Origin: Octopus sinensis
Taxonomy: Eukaryota
Assembly: GCF_006345805.1 (NCBI RefSeq)
Contig: NC_043000.1
Span: 39,990,001-40,054,000, forward strand
Reading direction: 5' to 3'
Length of the DNA stretch: 64,000 nucleotides
This document shows positions 52,579-64,000 of this stretch, piece by piece (the first letter of the stretch is position 1; every line of letters starts with the position of its first letter). The notes beneath the pieces are model-generated. The model saw only the letters and a list, made by a program, of their open reading frames with translations, searched no databases and was not told the origin of the DNA. The position numbers were made by a program, and so were the translations under genes.

Positions 52579-53252
52579 CGTGGTCTGATGAATAAGTATC
52601 CGGACTGTTGCCATAGTAAAGAAGCTAAAGCACGCAGAGTGAAGCACTTGGCACATATTGATTTTGATCTCTGCTGTGCATGCGCACTAAGTTTTAACGT
52701 TCTACCTCACTTCCACTGTTTACAACAGTGCTTGGAAGGAAGGTGTGTCGCGTGTGATCATTGCATTGACCATGACAGAGAAAGTTCAGCAGAGAATCTG
52801 CAGCAAATTTTGCTAGAAGCTTGGCGATATCTGCTCAGAAGCCTACGCAAAATTTTCAAAAAGTTTTCATCGTTCTCGACATAATCAAGGAGATCTTGTA
52901 CAACTGAAACCCGAGTATCCTTTTGGTCAGCTAAGAGCAGTTTTCGTACAAACTTGGAAGATACGCGTCTCATATCCAAATCTTCAGTGATAATGGACTG
53001 AACTGTACCGTAACTAATCTGCACATCCTTTAATAACTCACGGATGGTGATTCTACGATTTCTCATCACAGCTGCACACACATCTACAATGTTTTTCTCA
53101 GTTCTGCTGGTTGCGGGTCTCCCAGAGCGTTCATCAATATCGACATTTTTCGGCCATCTTGGTTACGTCTGAACCACTCGTACCCTTGTGTGCGGCTCAT
53201 AAACTCCTCTCCATACACTTTCTGCAACTTTGCGTAGGCCCAAGTATCGCCA
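52579..53252. mobile_element. Rearranged 5' half of a mariner transposon
   Basis: TA|cgtggtctgatgaataagtatccggac TIR-like end. A plus-strand ATG at 52772 gives MTEKVQQRICSKFC*KLGD. Minus-strand segments give AYAKLQKVYGEEFMSRTQGYEWFRR, NRRITIRELL, LDMRRVSSKFV and VENDENFLK. No catalytic domain is present. Confidence 0.85.
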
Positions 53253-53284
53253 TGACACACACACATATATAATTTGTCTCTTAC

Positions 53285-53625
53285 ATGTCCCAGTCAAGTG
53301 CGTTCATGATGGAACACCGCCTTGAAGGGTTTCGTCTCACAAAAATCTGCTCCAATACTGTTTTAAAATTTGGGACTTATTGTATCTTTGGTCGAATAGT
53401 TAGGTTATAGGGTGACGTAAACAAACCAACACCAGTTGGGGAACAAATATAGACACACTCACACATATGTACATACGCACAGGCTGTCACAGTTTCCGTC
53501 AACCAAATCCACTCAAAGACATTGGTCGGCTCGGGCCTACAGTAGAAGACACTTGCCCAAAGCAACACGCAATGGGACTGAACCCGAAACCATGTGGCTG
53601 CTAAGCCCGCTTCTTAACCATATAT
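53285..53625 (-). mobile_element. SINE family B, diverged
   Basis: gtagaagacacttgcccaaagcaacacgcaatgggactgaacccg. Confidence 0.75.
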
Positions 53626-53929
53626 ATATATTAGAACTCACACACAAGGTACAGGAAATTTATATATACACCATTCTGCTTAAATAATGGAACTGCAGAT
53701 ACAATATCCTTACGTATCTCACGTCTGTTTTCATTCCTCCACTTCACTCTGTATTTTGTATCCTCTCTATAATAACTATTACTTAAACATTTTCTCGCAC
53801 CGTTCCTCATGAATGGATATATAAAATTCCCGGAAATAGCTGTAAGACCTCTTTATAAATGTTCTGAAAACTCTCACAGCCTTAGATTTTTTTTATCTCA
53901 TTCTATTAACATATATATATATATACATA

Positions 53930-54075
53930 CTTTATTTCAAAGCAGCAGAAATTCAACAAAACCTGTTACTCTGAGTTTCACGTCCCCCTCGGCGGACAAC
54001 AAAAACTGTCCGACGAACGGGAACGTGAAACTCAGAGTAACAGGTTTTGTTGAATTCTGCTGCTTTGAAATAAAG
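53930..54075. repeat. 146-bp near-perfect palindrome (fold-back element)
   Basis: Arms at 53930-53998 and 54007-54075, about 69 bp each with only a few mismatches near the loop; loop acaaaaac. Confidence 0.92.
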
Positions 54076-55414
54076 CATATTACTCTATCCCTGGTATTTG
54101 AGTACTCTTTTTTCCACCTTGTTTCACATTTATGTGTTTACTCCGGTATATATATATCACACGGACACACAGTTTCATCAGTCTGTTTTTGTCTCAGAAA
54201 ATATTTTTCTTTTGCTGTGTAGTAGTAGCAATATTTCGGGTTCACAGCACTGTTTTAAGGAAATGTTTCCAAGTTTACAGGTGTTTGTCGTGTCATGGTG
54301 ACTTAGCAGTAAAAATAAACTGTCTTACACGCACATATGTGCATATATGAACGCACGTGTGTGTGCGTACATGTATGTATCTATATATATGAGTGTGTGT
54401 TATAAACATATAAAGCTCTATGCGTATTAGCTGTATGTGTGTGTCTTAATATATAAAATTGTATGCATCTGTGGTTTAGACGACTGAACAAAGTGACAGT
54501 ATAAGAGAGGGGAGAAAGGTGTTGGAAGAAGCGGTAGCGGTGATTTTTTCGAGTGGACAGTCATGTGCAATTATTTGTGCATTTAATGTGCAGGTTGAAA
54601 CCAAATCAACAATAACAACAACAACAGTGAAAAAAAAATGTCTCATTTTAAATTGTTCGAGGAAAATTATAGACAGAAAGAAAGAGAGTGAAAAAGACAG
54701 CAACAGAAAGAAATGCAGGCATACAGAGAGAGAGAGAGGTTGGCAACTTTCCTTCGACAGGAGTGGACGTATGTGGGCAAGTGGAGTTCAGAGAGTTCAG
54801 GTCACCAATACCTGGAAATGGCTAGCATGATTACCACTACCATCAATCATCGTCGTACGACCATCCACTACCACCACCTAACTGTCCGTCCCTTGTTTGC
54901 GCAAGTAGTTTGAAGACCGAAGTTGAAGAAGGTTTGACAAATCAAATTTGTGGGTGAATGGTTGCTTGTCAGTGCGTACCTGCATTAGAAGGTTTGGATA
55001 CGCATACAGTATAGAACATACACACAGATAAATACCCACGTAAATACTCGCTAGCATATACATCGTAACAATCGAGGAGCGCGCACGGGCACACACACAC
55101 GCACACACACACACAACAAGCAAGTCGGAGAGAACAGGTGTACATGATTTAGGGATGGAGTTCAATTGAATAAAGGTGGGCATCTCCCTTGTGAGGTTAC
55201 TGGCTCATGTTTGGGGGATGTACATTGATGTTTCCTTGATATGGTTAGTTCTTCAGCATGGTACTGCTGAAGGAAGGATGTTCTTGGGGTATCTTTTATA
55301 CAATCACTGTAAGGCTGAATATGTGTGTGTATGTGAGTGTGTATTGTTTATATATATATGTATGTATATGATGGACTCTCCCGTCATTAGACGGTGTATG
55401 AGGGTCTGATAATT

Positions 55415-55668
55415 TCTTACTGAACAACCACACAGAGGATTTGTTTATAGTGATCAATGTTTGTGTAGACATAAGCTCACTCCCTCCATCAAATTGACAT
55501 TACCTGTACAGGTGCAACTGGGTACCACATGTCAGGTGTCGAAATGATTGCAGAGCAATGTGAAATGAAGTGCTTTGCTCAAGAACACAATGCAATGCCT
55601 GGTCTGGGAATCGAACACACGATCTCACAATCGTGAGTGCAATACCCTAACCACTAAGCCATGTGACA
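55415..55668 (-). mobile_element. SINE family C-like copy
   Basis: Reverse tRNA-like head (gggaatcgaac...cctaaccactaagccatg) and ctcaagaacacaa core-like segment. Confidence 0.65.
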
Positions 55669-55893
55669 TTAAACTGTATCCAATTTAGGAGTTCTGGAAG
55701 TGTGCGGAGTGAAGAATCATCCCTTAATTACCCAGAATGGGCAATTCTTTAGTTTTGACAAAAAGCTGGCGAAGGTAGCACTTGTAGAAGAAAGATACTT
55801 TGACATAAAACTGGCAGCCTATCAAGATAGGTCATATCAGAGACCACAAGTTTTTTGTCAGAATATCTTTCACCTACAAGATATTATAATATA

Positions 55894-56738
55894 CTAGCAG
55901 AATTGCCCGGCGTTGCTCGGGGCTGAATTGCTTGAAAGTACTGTTAATGATTGCACTGAATTATGATGATTATTCAGGCAAATATTGAAATAAGCTTACG
56001 GTGGGAGATAAGGACTTAACGCCAAACGTGTGCCATTGCATTGTTTTGGGGGAACCAAATTTCTGATGAGCATTATAGGGGCACTAACTTTAAGTTTGAG
56101 AAAGTGTGGTGGTAGTCCGGGGTGCTCAAAGGAATTGAGTACCTCTATTGGATAGTTGATGACGTCCTCTGGGTCAGGAGTTGTATCGATAGACTGATAT
56201 ACATCGACTTCCCCAGGAATGAGTTTTAGCATTTCATCATTAATATGGTGAACAGTTTTATTCCTCGGGGCCAGTATAGCCTTTTTGCCAATCCAATCCA
56301 TATTATGATAATTAGCTTGTAAATCTGGGAACACTGCATCTCTGAGATCAGAAGGCGTCTTAACAATGGTACAAATGGAATCGATGGCAATATTACCATT
56401 TTCATCCCCTGGTATTTTGCCTTCGCCAAGTGCAAGGAGGGTGTGAGGAAATGCTGGTGATGTGATATTACGTCGCATATGAGCACGCATATTGGTGTGA
56501 AGTTTGAGAGTTACTTCGTTTATTTTTAAAAATATGCATTAAAATGGAAAAAAATGATGGTAAATTATTTGTAAAATCATAGACTCATCGTAGACGCGCG
56601 CTAATACCCAGAAGGGCTCGATATGAATCACGACAAAAAATACCCGGTTTTGGTTAAACTGCATCGCAAAATGTGGGAGTAGTTAGGAATCTAAATCGGA
56701 GTAGACAGACACACAACCTTTTTTTTATTATAAATATA
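55894..56738 (-). mobile_element. Helitron deletion derivative retaining a helicase fragment
   Basis: Minus-strand 3' hairpin cccgagcaacgccggg plus CTAG|T ending at 55894. The 5' end is shared with the 48566-48946 element. Confidence 0.88.
55996..56490 (-). pseudogene. Helitron RepHel PIF1-like helicase fragment (164-aa open frame)
   Basis: KAILAPRN, YPIEVLNSFEHPGLPPHFLKLKVSAPIMLIRNLVPPKQCNGTRL are typical of PIF1-family helicases of Helitrons. The Rep domain and Walker A are absent. Confidence 0.9.
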
Positions 56739-56789
56739 CATACACACACACATACATACACACACACACACACACATACATGCATACAT

Positions 56790-57381
56790 ATACACATAAA
56801 CCGAGTAAAAAATTTCAGTTATCTCTCTCTTTCACACATTACTCTCTCTGTCTCTTCACACACACTAACAGAAGCACTTCACTTACACAACATACTGTCT
56901 GTCTCCCACACTCCATCAAAAACACACACAACACGTACATCAATGAGTCCCATGCACGGTAACTTCAAAGGAACTTCCCTCGTCATACAATCGCTTTTTC
57001 TCTTAGTCTCTTTCGCTCTCATTACTTATGTAAAAAAATAAAGTTTTTTTCTATGTGTGTAAAGAGGAAGTGGGAGGCAGAGTGAAAGAATCACTCACTA
57101 CAGTAAGTGAATTACTTTCATTTTATTCCTTGCCCACTGTGTGTGTGCGTTTGTGTGTGGTGTAAACCAGACTAAGAAAAGCATTTGACACACCACCAGA
57201 ATGTGAGTTTTCTGTAAATTTTGCTTAATTGGAGTTTAAATTTTAAAAACTGGACCTGGCATGACGGGATGCATTGTACTCTCAAAAATGCTAGGTAAAT
57301 TGTAATTGAAGAAATCCTATATTGTAGATTTGTATAACTCCCAAAGGGAAGCAGATAAAATCTGCCTTTTATAATAAGAGA
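56790..57381 (-). mobile_element. Helitron-type 5' module lacking its own 3' terminator
   Basis: Minus strand starts A|TCTCTTATTATAAAAGGCAG at 57381. I saw no hairpin-CTAG before it abuts the 55894-56738 element. Confidence 0.5.
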
Positions 57382-57382
57382 T

Positions 57383-57743
57383 ACGGGATGAAGTGGCGAG
57401 AAAGGATCTTCAGATGCTGGGTCTCACTGAGGAAATGACAAGAGACTGGGAGTTGTGGCAATTTGCTGTACTTGAGAAGACCCATCAAACTAAATAAAAT
57501 TGTGGTCATCCATACTTACAGATTTGTCCTTTACAGGTACTGGTGCCATGCAAAATGCACCCATGCTGGTGCTGCAAAAGTGCACATGTGCTGGTGGCAG
57601 GTAAAAAGCACCCAGTATACTCTGTAAAGTGGTTGGCATTAGGAAGGACATCCATCTGTAAAACACATAGCTCCCCAGCTGGTCAACTCCTGTCAAACTG
57701 TCCAACCTATGCCCACATAGAAAACGGACATATGAGGATGATA
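57383..57743 (+). mobile_element. RTE LINE 3' fragment
   Basis: DEVARKDLQMLGLTEEMTRDWELWQFAVLEKT, followed by the 3' UTR and tail. Confidence 0.82.
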
Positions 57744-57824
57744 TACATACACACACACCCATGTGCATCATCATCATCTCTTACTGTTGTTGTGTAGTAG
57801 GGAGTAAGATTATTAAGTGGAAAA

Positions 57825-58052
57825 GGCGGCGAACTAGCAGAATCGTTAGCACACCGGGCGAAATGCTTAGCGGTATTTCGTCTGCCGCTACGTTCTGAGT
57901 TCAAATTCCGCCGAGGTCGACTTTGCCTTTCATCCTTTCAGGGTCGATTAAATAAGTACCAGTTACGCACTAGGGTCGATGTAATTGACTAAATCCCTTT
58001 GTCCTTGTTTGTCCCTTCTATGTTTAGCCCCTTGTGGGAAATTAAAAAAAAA
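57825..58052 (+). mobile_element. SINE family A, full length, young
   Basis: 16-bp TSD attattaagtggaaaa at 57809-57824 and 58053-58068. CpG-intact with an A-rich tail. Confidence 0.93.
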
Positions 58053-58634
58053 ATTATTAAGTGGAAAATCCTGCTTCCAGTTGAGCATTGTGTTGTTGAA
58101 CAAGCACTTAACTCTCTTTTGTTCTCTAGCTAATTAGGTTCACTTAATTTTGAATGACAGGAAAGAAGAGAATTGGTGGGAAAGAAATACAGAAAAAGTT
58201 AACAGAAAAATATATTTTTAAAAAAATTAGAAGTATAATTTGTATTGATTACATAGAACTTGATATATACATACATACATGTTCCTTAAATTTTTGAATA
58301 TTTCACTTCATAATGCCTGGTTAAATGATTGAGGGTTCAATTCTTCTGTGAATTACCTTAGGTAACTGTCTTTCATAGTCTTGAGTTGACTGACTCAAGT
58401 CTAACGAGCCAAATAAGATAGATGGAAAATATGCAGAAGTCCTTCAGATATCCTGTATATTTTTGTGTGGTAGACTTAATCTATCAATTGGCTGAACCTG
58501 ACTCTTGGGTGGCTTTAGCAGAAGGACTTATATCGAAAAAAAAAAAAACAAGCACTTGGATCAGTTCTGTTATATGAATAGAACTCAATAGTTTGTTGTA
58601 CTGCTTCTTACTGCAGTAATTCATACATACAGTC

Positions 58635-59040
58635 ACTATAAATGCTGGGCCTCACTATCACTGAAGATTTCTCACAACAAGAATTATATCCTTACCATAT
58701 CTAGGATCACTTCCCAAATAGCTACTGACACTCTACAAAGCACAAATGCGGCCCACAAAGGAATACTGTTCCCATGTCCAGGATATCACTGCTGCTACCA
58801 TCCTGGATGAGGGAGAAATATTCCCACATCCAGAAAAGGGTCACTCAAGCAGCATTCAATCACTAATAGACATGTTCCAGACTCTGGCCAGTGTTGTCTC
58901 CTGTCTTCTATTGCTATTTTAATGGCTTCTGAGGTTCATAATAATGTTTGTAGATTGATTCCATCATATGATGAGACAAACCTCTGTCTTCAAGGAAGAG
59001 ATCTTGCAATCTACAAACACTTTTATGGACCGCTGAGTAC
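58635..59040 (+). pseudogene. CR1/Jockey-like LINE ORF2 C-terminal fragment, decayed
   Basis: LLTLYKAQMRPTKEYCSHV from 58722, then HIQKR and FYCYFNGF in shifted frames, resembling the LYKAQxRPxMEYCSH motif downstream of LINE RT domains. Confidence 0.7.
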
Positions 59041-59247
59041 CCCTAAACAGCTGTTGGATTTGTAATTTTTTTCCTTCACCCCTTTAATTCTTTATATAAT
59101 TTGTACTCTGCAGAAATTGGACCTTTTTATATGTATATATATTATTCATATTTCATGTATTTAATGGCCAAATGTTTTTATTAATATTTTTTGGCTTTAA
59201 TATATAGTATATAAATTTTCTTCATATGTGAATTATTTTGGAAATTA

Positions 59248-59654
59248 TACTCTTTTACTTGTTCCAGTCATTTGACTGTGGCCATGCTGGAGCACCGCCT
59301 TTAGTTGAGCAAATCGACCCCAGGACTTATTCTTTGTAAGCCTAGTACTTATTCTATCGGTCTCTTTTGCTGAACCGCTAAGTTACGGGGATGTAAACAC
59401 ACCAGCATTGATTATCAAGCAATGTTGAGGGACAAACACAGACACACAAACATACATACAAACACACACACACACACATATATATATATATGATTGGCTT
59501 CTTTCAGTTTCTGTCTACCAAATCCACTCATAAGGCTATGGTCGGCCTGAGGCTATAGTAGAAAACACTTGCCCAAGGTGCCACGCAGTGGGTCTGAACC
59601 TGGAACCATGTGGTTGGTAAGCAAGCTACTTACTACACAGCCACTCCTACGCCT
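59248..59654 (-). mobile_element. SINE family B, full length
   Basis: Complete and collinear with 45578-45983, with more CpG decay. Confidence 0.9.
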
Positions 59655-61741
59655 GTATGATCATTTTTCAAAAAATCCGAAATGGAGATTGCTGAAAAAA
59701 AGCATATCTATCCTTTTCTATTCAATTGCAATAATAAACATTTTAGTTCTTTTGAAAACCAGAGTATCAAATGCAAATGTGTATGAAATATTAATGAATC
59801 ATATAGATGGGAAATGCAAAAAAAAAAAAAAAAATTTCAAAACAGTCAATATTTTTGTAGTTCAAAAATTGCAATTTATGACATAAAATGTCCTCTAGAA
59901 TTAACCAGAGCTAATAATCACAAACTTTAACTATTAAATATTGTTAAACACATCTCTGCAAATGCAATGTACATAAGCAATTCACTTTAAATACAACAAA
60001 CAACCAGCAGTGAGACTGTTTTTAGCAGATCCCCAAATCGGGATCATGGCAGGCAATGGGTTAATATACTTTATGTATTGATCCGTCTAATTTGCTTATC
60101 CCTATATTTACTTCTATACCTGCTCAAATTTAAATCTCATGAGCATTACTAAGTGTATTTTATATGGAGAATATCTGGATCTCATCTATGAACTATACAC
60201 ACACACACACACGCACATCCACAAATGACAACTATAATCTTCCCATTCAGTGGTATGTCAGTGAAAGAATGAAATGACAACAAATCTGGAAGTTTGTTAT
60301 CTTAGGTTAATCCCTTGTTCAAAACACAAAACAATCCTTTTACTATAAAGCGACAATAAATGCTACAATAGTAAGTGGACAGCTATTTCCTATACCATCA
60401 TGACTCACTACAAACTTGAATGCAATTATGTACTACTTCACAGCAATCATTGTTGTCATAAGGAAAATAGCTACCAGTGGAAGTGGAAGATGAGTTTTCC
60501 TAAAATTGGTCACCAAAGTAGATATCAGTTGGAAACTGTGACAATCCTATAATTGAGAAACGTATGAGAGACATAAATACCAGTCTTATTCCAAGAAATT
60601 ATTGCATAAAATTTATAAAGTTGAATATGTCAGTAAGAAAGAGAATTAGTTGAATTAGATGTCTTGGACTGGAGTCTTTGGTAGCCTTACTGAAGCATGC
60701 CATCACTAATTTTCTAGGATTCTACTGTTTCACTAAAATTATAAAAATAAAGTTTGATGAATGAATATCATAATTATTATCATCATATTATTGTCCTTGC
60801 ACTGGACAAATAGTAATTATCCAAACCAGTTCTTATTCAGTTTTACTGTCCACTGCTCTCCTGGATGTAAGGTTGTAGGGCCACATCTCACCTGTCCATC
60901 ATTCACTTTGGTATCGTTTCTGTGGTTGGATGTTCTTGATACCAACCACATTACAGAGAATAAATAGTACAAGGAAAGCAATAGTGTTTGACTACAAAGA
61001 CAAAAATTATTTGATAAAGTTTTGTAAATTAGGATAGTCTGTATGCTGTATGGAAACCAGGCTAAAAGAGACGATGGGGTAGAGGATAAGTAGGCCAGTT
61101 CGTATGGATCTTTGATTCTGAAGAGAGTTACCCACTCTGTAACAGGAAAAAATTACAGCAATAAGCCAGTGTGACATACTATGTAGAACTTTCAAGCTAA
61201 GCTATATGTGTGCAAAACATTGGGAAGCATTTGAAGGAAATTATTTTCAAGACTAAATGAAGAATTGCTTATGTTTAGAAATGGCACACAGTGTTAAATG
61301 CATTTAGACAATAAGGGTTACTAATATTCTGTATTTGCTAACATTTCCTTCATTCAAAAACTATAAGGTTTCAATTTCAGAATCTGTCTATATAATATAG
61401 ATAACATTGAAAAGTGTATAATCACAGCCAGATGGGTGAAATTAGTATAAGAAGCATAACAGTATACTTATTAATTTACATGTATGGGTTAGGTGGATAT
61501 ATATTATTGAGGCACTATTTTACAGTACGATGCTCTCTTTATCACTAACATTTGTTTCTCAAGTAAAAGATCTCTTACATAACATGTCTTTGAAAGTGAA
61601 AAATCAGCTTATGATTTGTTGAGTGTGAGGTGACAAACTTCATCACATGTTACACTGTCCATTTTTCATGCAGGATGTCAACAATCACAGACACATATGC
61701 AAACACACACACTTACATAGATGTGTGTGTATGTGTGAATA

Positions 61742-61935
61742 CCATCATCGTCATTTGATGTCCATTTTCCATGCAGGTTTGGATGGTTTGAAAGGAGTTG
61801 GTGTTAAGGCAGGGACCTGCACTAGGTTCCATTGTTTGTTTTAGTATGGCTTCTATAGCTGGATACCATTCATAATGCCAACCATTTTACAGCATGTACT
61901 GGGTGCTTTTTATATGGCACCAACACCAATAGGAT
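61742..61935 (-). mobile_element. RTE LINE 3' tail fragment
   Basis: ccatcatcgtcatttgatgtccattttccatgcagg. Confidence 0.7.
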
Positions 61936-62149
61936 CACCAATACACATGATAAAATGTCTGGAAGTATTGAGTTGTGTCTCTGTATGTTCTAAGTTCAAC
62001 AACTGCTGAGGTCAATTTTTGTTTATCTTTTGACATTTGATAAAAATTACATACTGTTCAGGTACTGAGGGTGATATAATCAACTAACCTTACCACCCAA
62101 AATTTGCAAATTCCAAGACTGAATCCAAATGAAGGCCAACCTACTGATG

Positions 62150-62480
62150 AACTATGATTCAATCACCAAGGCACAGTTTCTTCCTACTGCATCTCTCATT
62201 ACTATCTCTACTGGCTTCTGATTGTCTGAAGTAGTTATTTTCATATCTTCTGCATCCAGTTCTACCTCATACATTTATATTTCCCATTGCTATCATTATT
62301 ACTTTTACATCCCATGTCTTACACAGTGTACCAAAAACATCTATCCCTAATACCTCTTCCTTACATGAACAGCATTCTGGAATTCTTTCTCTGGTCTCAT
62401 ATTCTTCTTCAAAGAGATACCAATCTGCTGATGTTTAAACTGAACATCAACTGCTTTATTCTCACCAGACTGGGATAACA
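62150..62480 (+). mobile_element. Decayed CR1/Jockey-like LINE 3' end
   Basis: Remnants FWNSF and FKLNIN resemble the LWNSLP...FK..IN terminus of such LINEs. Confidence 0.4.
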
Positions 62481-62514
62481 TTCAAAGGTCATGAGCACTG
62501 CTCTGACAATTTTA

Positions 62515-63100
62515 TCATCATCTTTTTAATGCCCATTCACATGGGTCAGATTGAGACAAATTGTTTTATGGCTGGATGCCCTTCCTATTACCAACCATGA
62601 CTTTTTTCCAAGCAAGATAATATTCCCCATGACCAGACATGTTTTTACAGGTTATTGGAAATGCATGACGTTAACAACAATCACACAATGTCAATATGAC
62701 AGGCTTCTTTCAGTTTCTTATTTCTTTACTGCCCACAAAGGCTACACACAGAGGGGACAAACAAGGACAGACAAACAGATTAAGACGATTATATCGACCC
62801 CAGTATGTAACTGGTATTTGACCATGAAAGGATGAAAGGCAAAGTCGACCTCGGCGGAATTTGAACTCAGAACGTAACGGCAGACGAAATACCACTAAGC
62901 ATTTCACCCGGCGTGCTAACGATTCTGCCAGCTAGCTGCCTTATTGAAAGGCTTCTTTCAGTTTCTGTCTATCAAATCCACCAATAAGGTTTTAGTTGTC
63001 TTGGAGCTATAGTACAAGACACTTGCCCAAGGTGTCACACAGTGGAACTGAACCCAAAACCTTGCTATTGGGAGGCAAACTTACCACACAGCTATGCATG
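62515..63100 (-). mobile_element. SINE (family-B head, RTE tail) interrupted by a SINE A
   Basis: Tail at 62515-62700 and head at 62967-63100. Confidence 0.75.
62719..62948 (-). mobile_element. SINE family A, young, nested
   Basis: 18-bp TSD aggcttctttcagtttct at 62701-62718 and 62949-62966; CpG-intact. Confidence 0.9.
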
Positions 63101-63559
63101 GACTTTGTATTAAAGAAAAGAAACATTAAAAACTGCCAATATTAATCACCAAAGTCATAAACATCTCTTGGAAGATGATATTTTTTCCTAAATGAATTCA
63201 GATTGATTAGCTACTGTGATTTTAATCAAAGAATATAATTGAAGAAAAACCAACAAACAGAACAAAAAGCCTCCTTGTTTGTTTATTATCAAATTTTTCA
63301 ATCCATAATTTCAACCTGCCAAAAATGTTGGATAAATTTAGCTAACCTGGACAATTCAAATATAAGTCCCGCTATAGTAATTTGCTTTTTCTTCATTTTA
63401 GTAATCAATAAGATGTTTAGATCTCAGTCTTAATCCTTAAAAACTACAAAGAGGAACTGATACTTGTCTTGCTTCAGTCAGACAGGCTGAGGCAAGTACA
63501 ATAATGTTGGTATGGGGTGGGGTGGGGTGGGAACAACGACAGAGAGAGAGAAAGGGAGA

Positions 63560-64000
63560 TTGTAGATTAGTTTCAAATTTTGGCACAAAGCCAGCAGTTT
63601 TGAGGGGAGAAAGAAGTCGATTTCATTTACTCCCAGTACTCAACTGGTCCTTATTTTATGAACACCGAAAGAATGAAAGGCGAGGTGAAGTTGACCTTAG
63701 TAAAATTTGAATCCAGAACAAAGATGGACAAAATACCACTGGGCATTTTGTCTGGTGTGCTAACAACCCTGCCAGCTTGCTGCCTTAAGACTATAGAAAA
63801 ATTGGTTTCAAATTCTGGCACAAGGCCAGCAATTTCAAGGAAGGGAGTAAATTGATTACATCGACTCCAGTGCTTAACTGGTACTTATTTTATCAACCAT
63901 AAAAGGATGGAAGGCAAAGTTGACCTTGGTGTAATTTGAACTCAGAATATAAAGTCAGATAAAATGCCACAGCATTTTGCCCGGCATGTTAATGATTCTA
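63560..64000 (-). mobile_element. Two tandem decayed SINE family A copies
   Basis: gaaaggcgaggtgaagttgacc...tttgaatccagaac and gaaggcaaagttgaccttggtgtaatttgaactcagaa. Confidence 0.75.

Noticed and set aside
57825-57915. tRNA-like A and B boxes here and in other SINE heads
   Set aside because: They continue into SINE bodies with tails and TSDs and give no complete cloverleaf, so they are not tRNA genes.

Overview
AT-rich, microsatellite-dense animal DNA. The repeat families I recognise (tRNA-headed SINEs, RTE LINEs with (GAT)n tails, TTAA MITEs, Helitrons) point to an octopod cephalopod, probably Octopus; this is recall, not a database result. I found no recognisable host protein-coding exon. 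All identifiable coding remnants are transposon-derived: three decayed Tc1/mariner transposases, RTE and CR1/Jockey-like LINE ORF2 fragments, and a Helitron PIF1-like helicase fragment. CpG is largely retained from about 35 to 58 kb and decayed on both flanks. That pattern suggests an unmethylated regulatory domain with candidate minus-strand promoters or first exons (about 36.1, 43.5-45.1 and 55 kb) between methylated, probably intronic DNA. The leads most worth checking are a pre-miRNA-like hairpin (32793-32866), a 15-unit hairpin minisatellite recording CpG deamination (26147-26545), a fold-back insertion at a LINE stub (18961-19110), a composite Helitron (55894-57381), a 146-bp palindrome (53930-54075) and a candidate unannotated spliced minus-strand transcript. 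I did not find a demonstrably new biological system.
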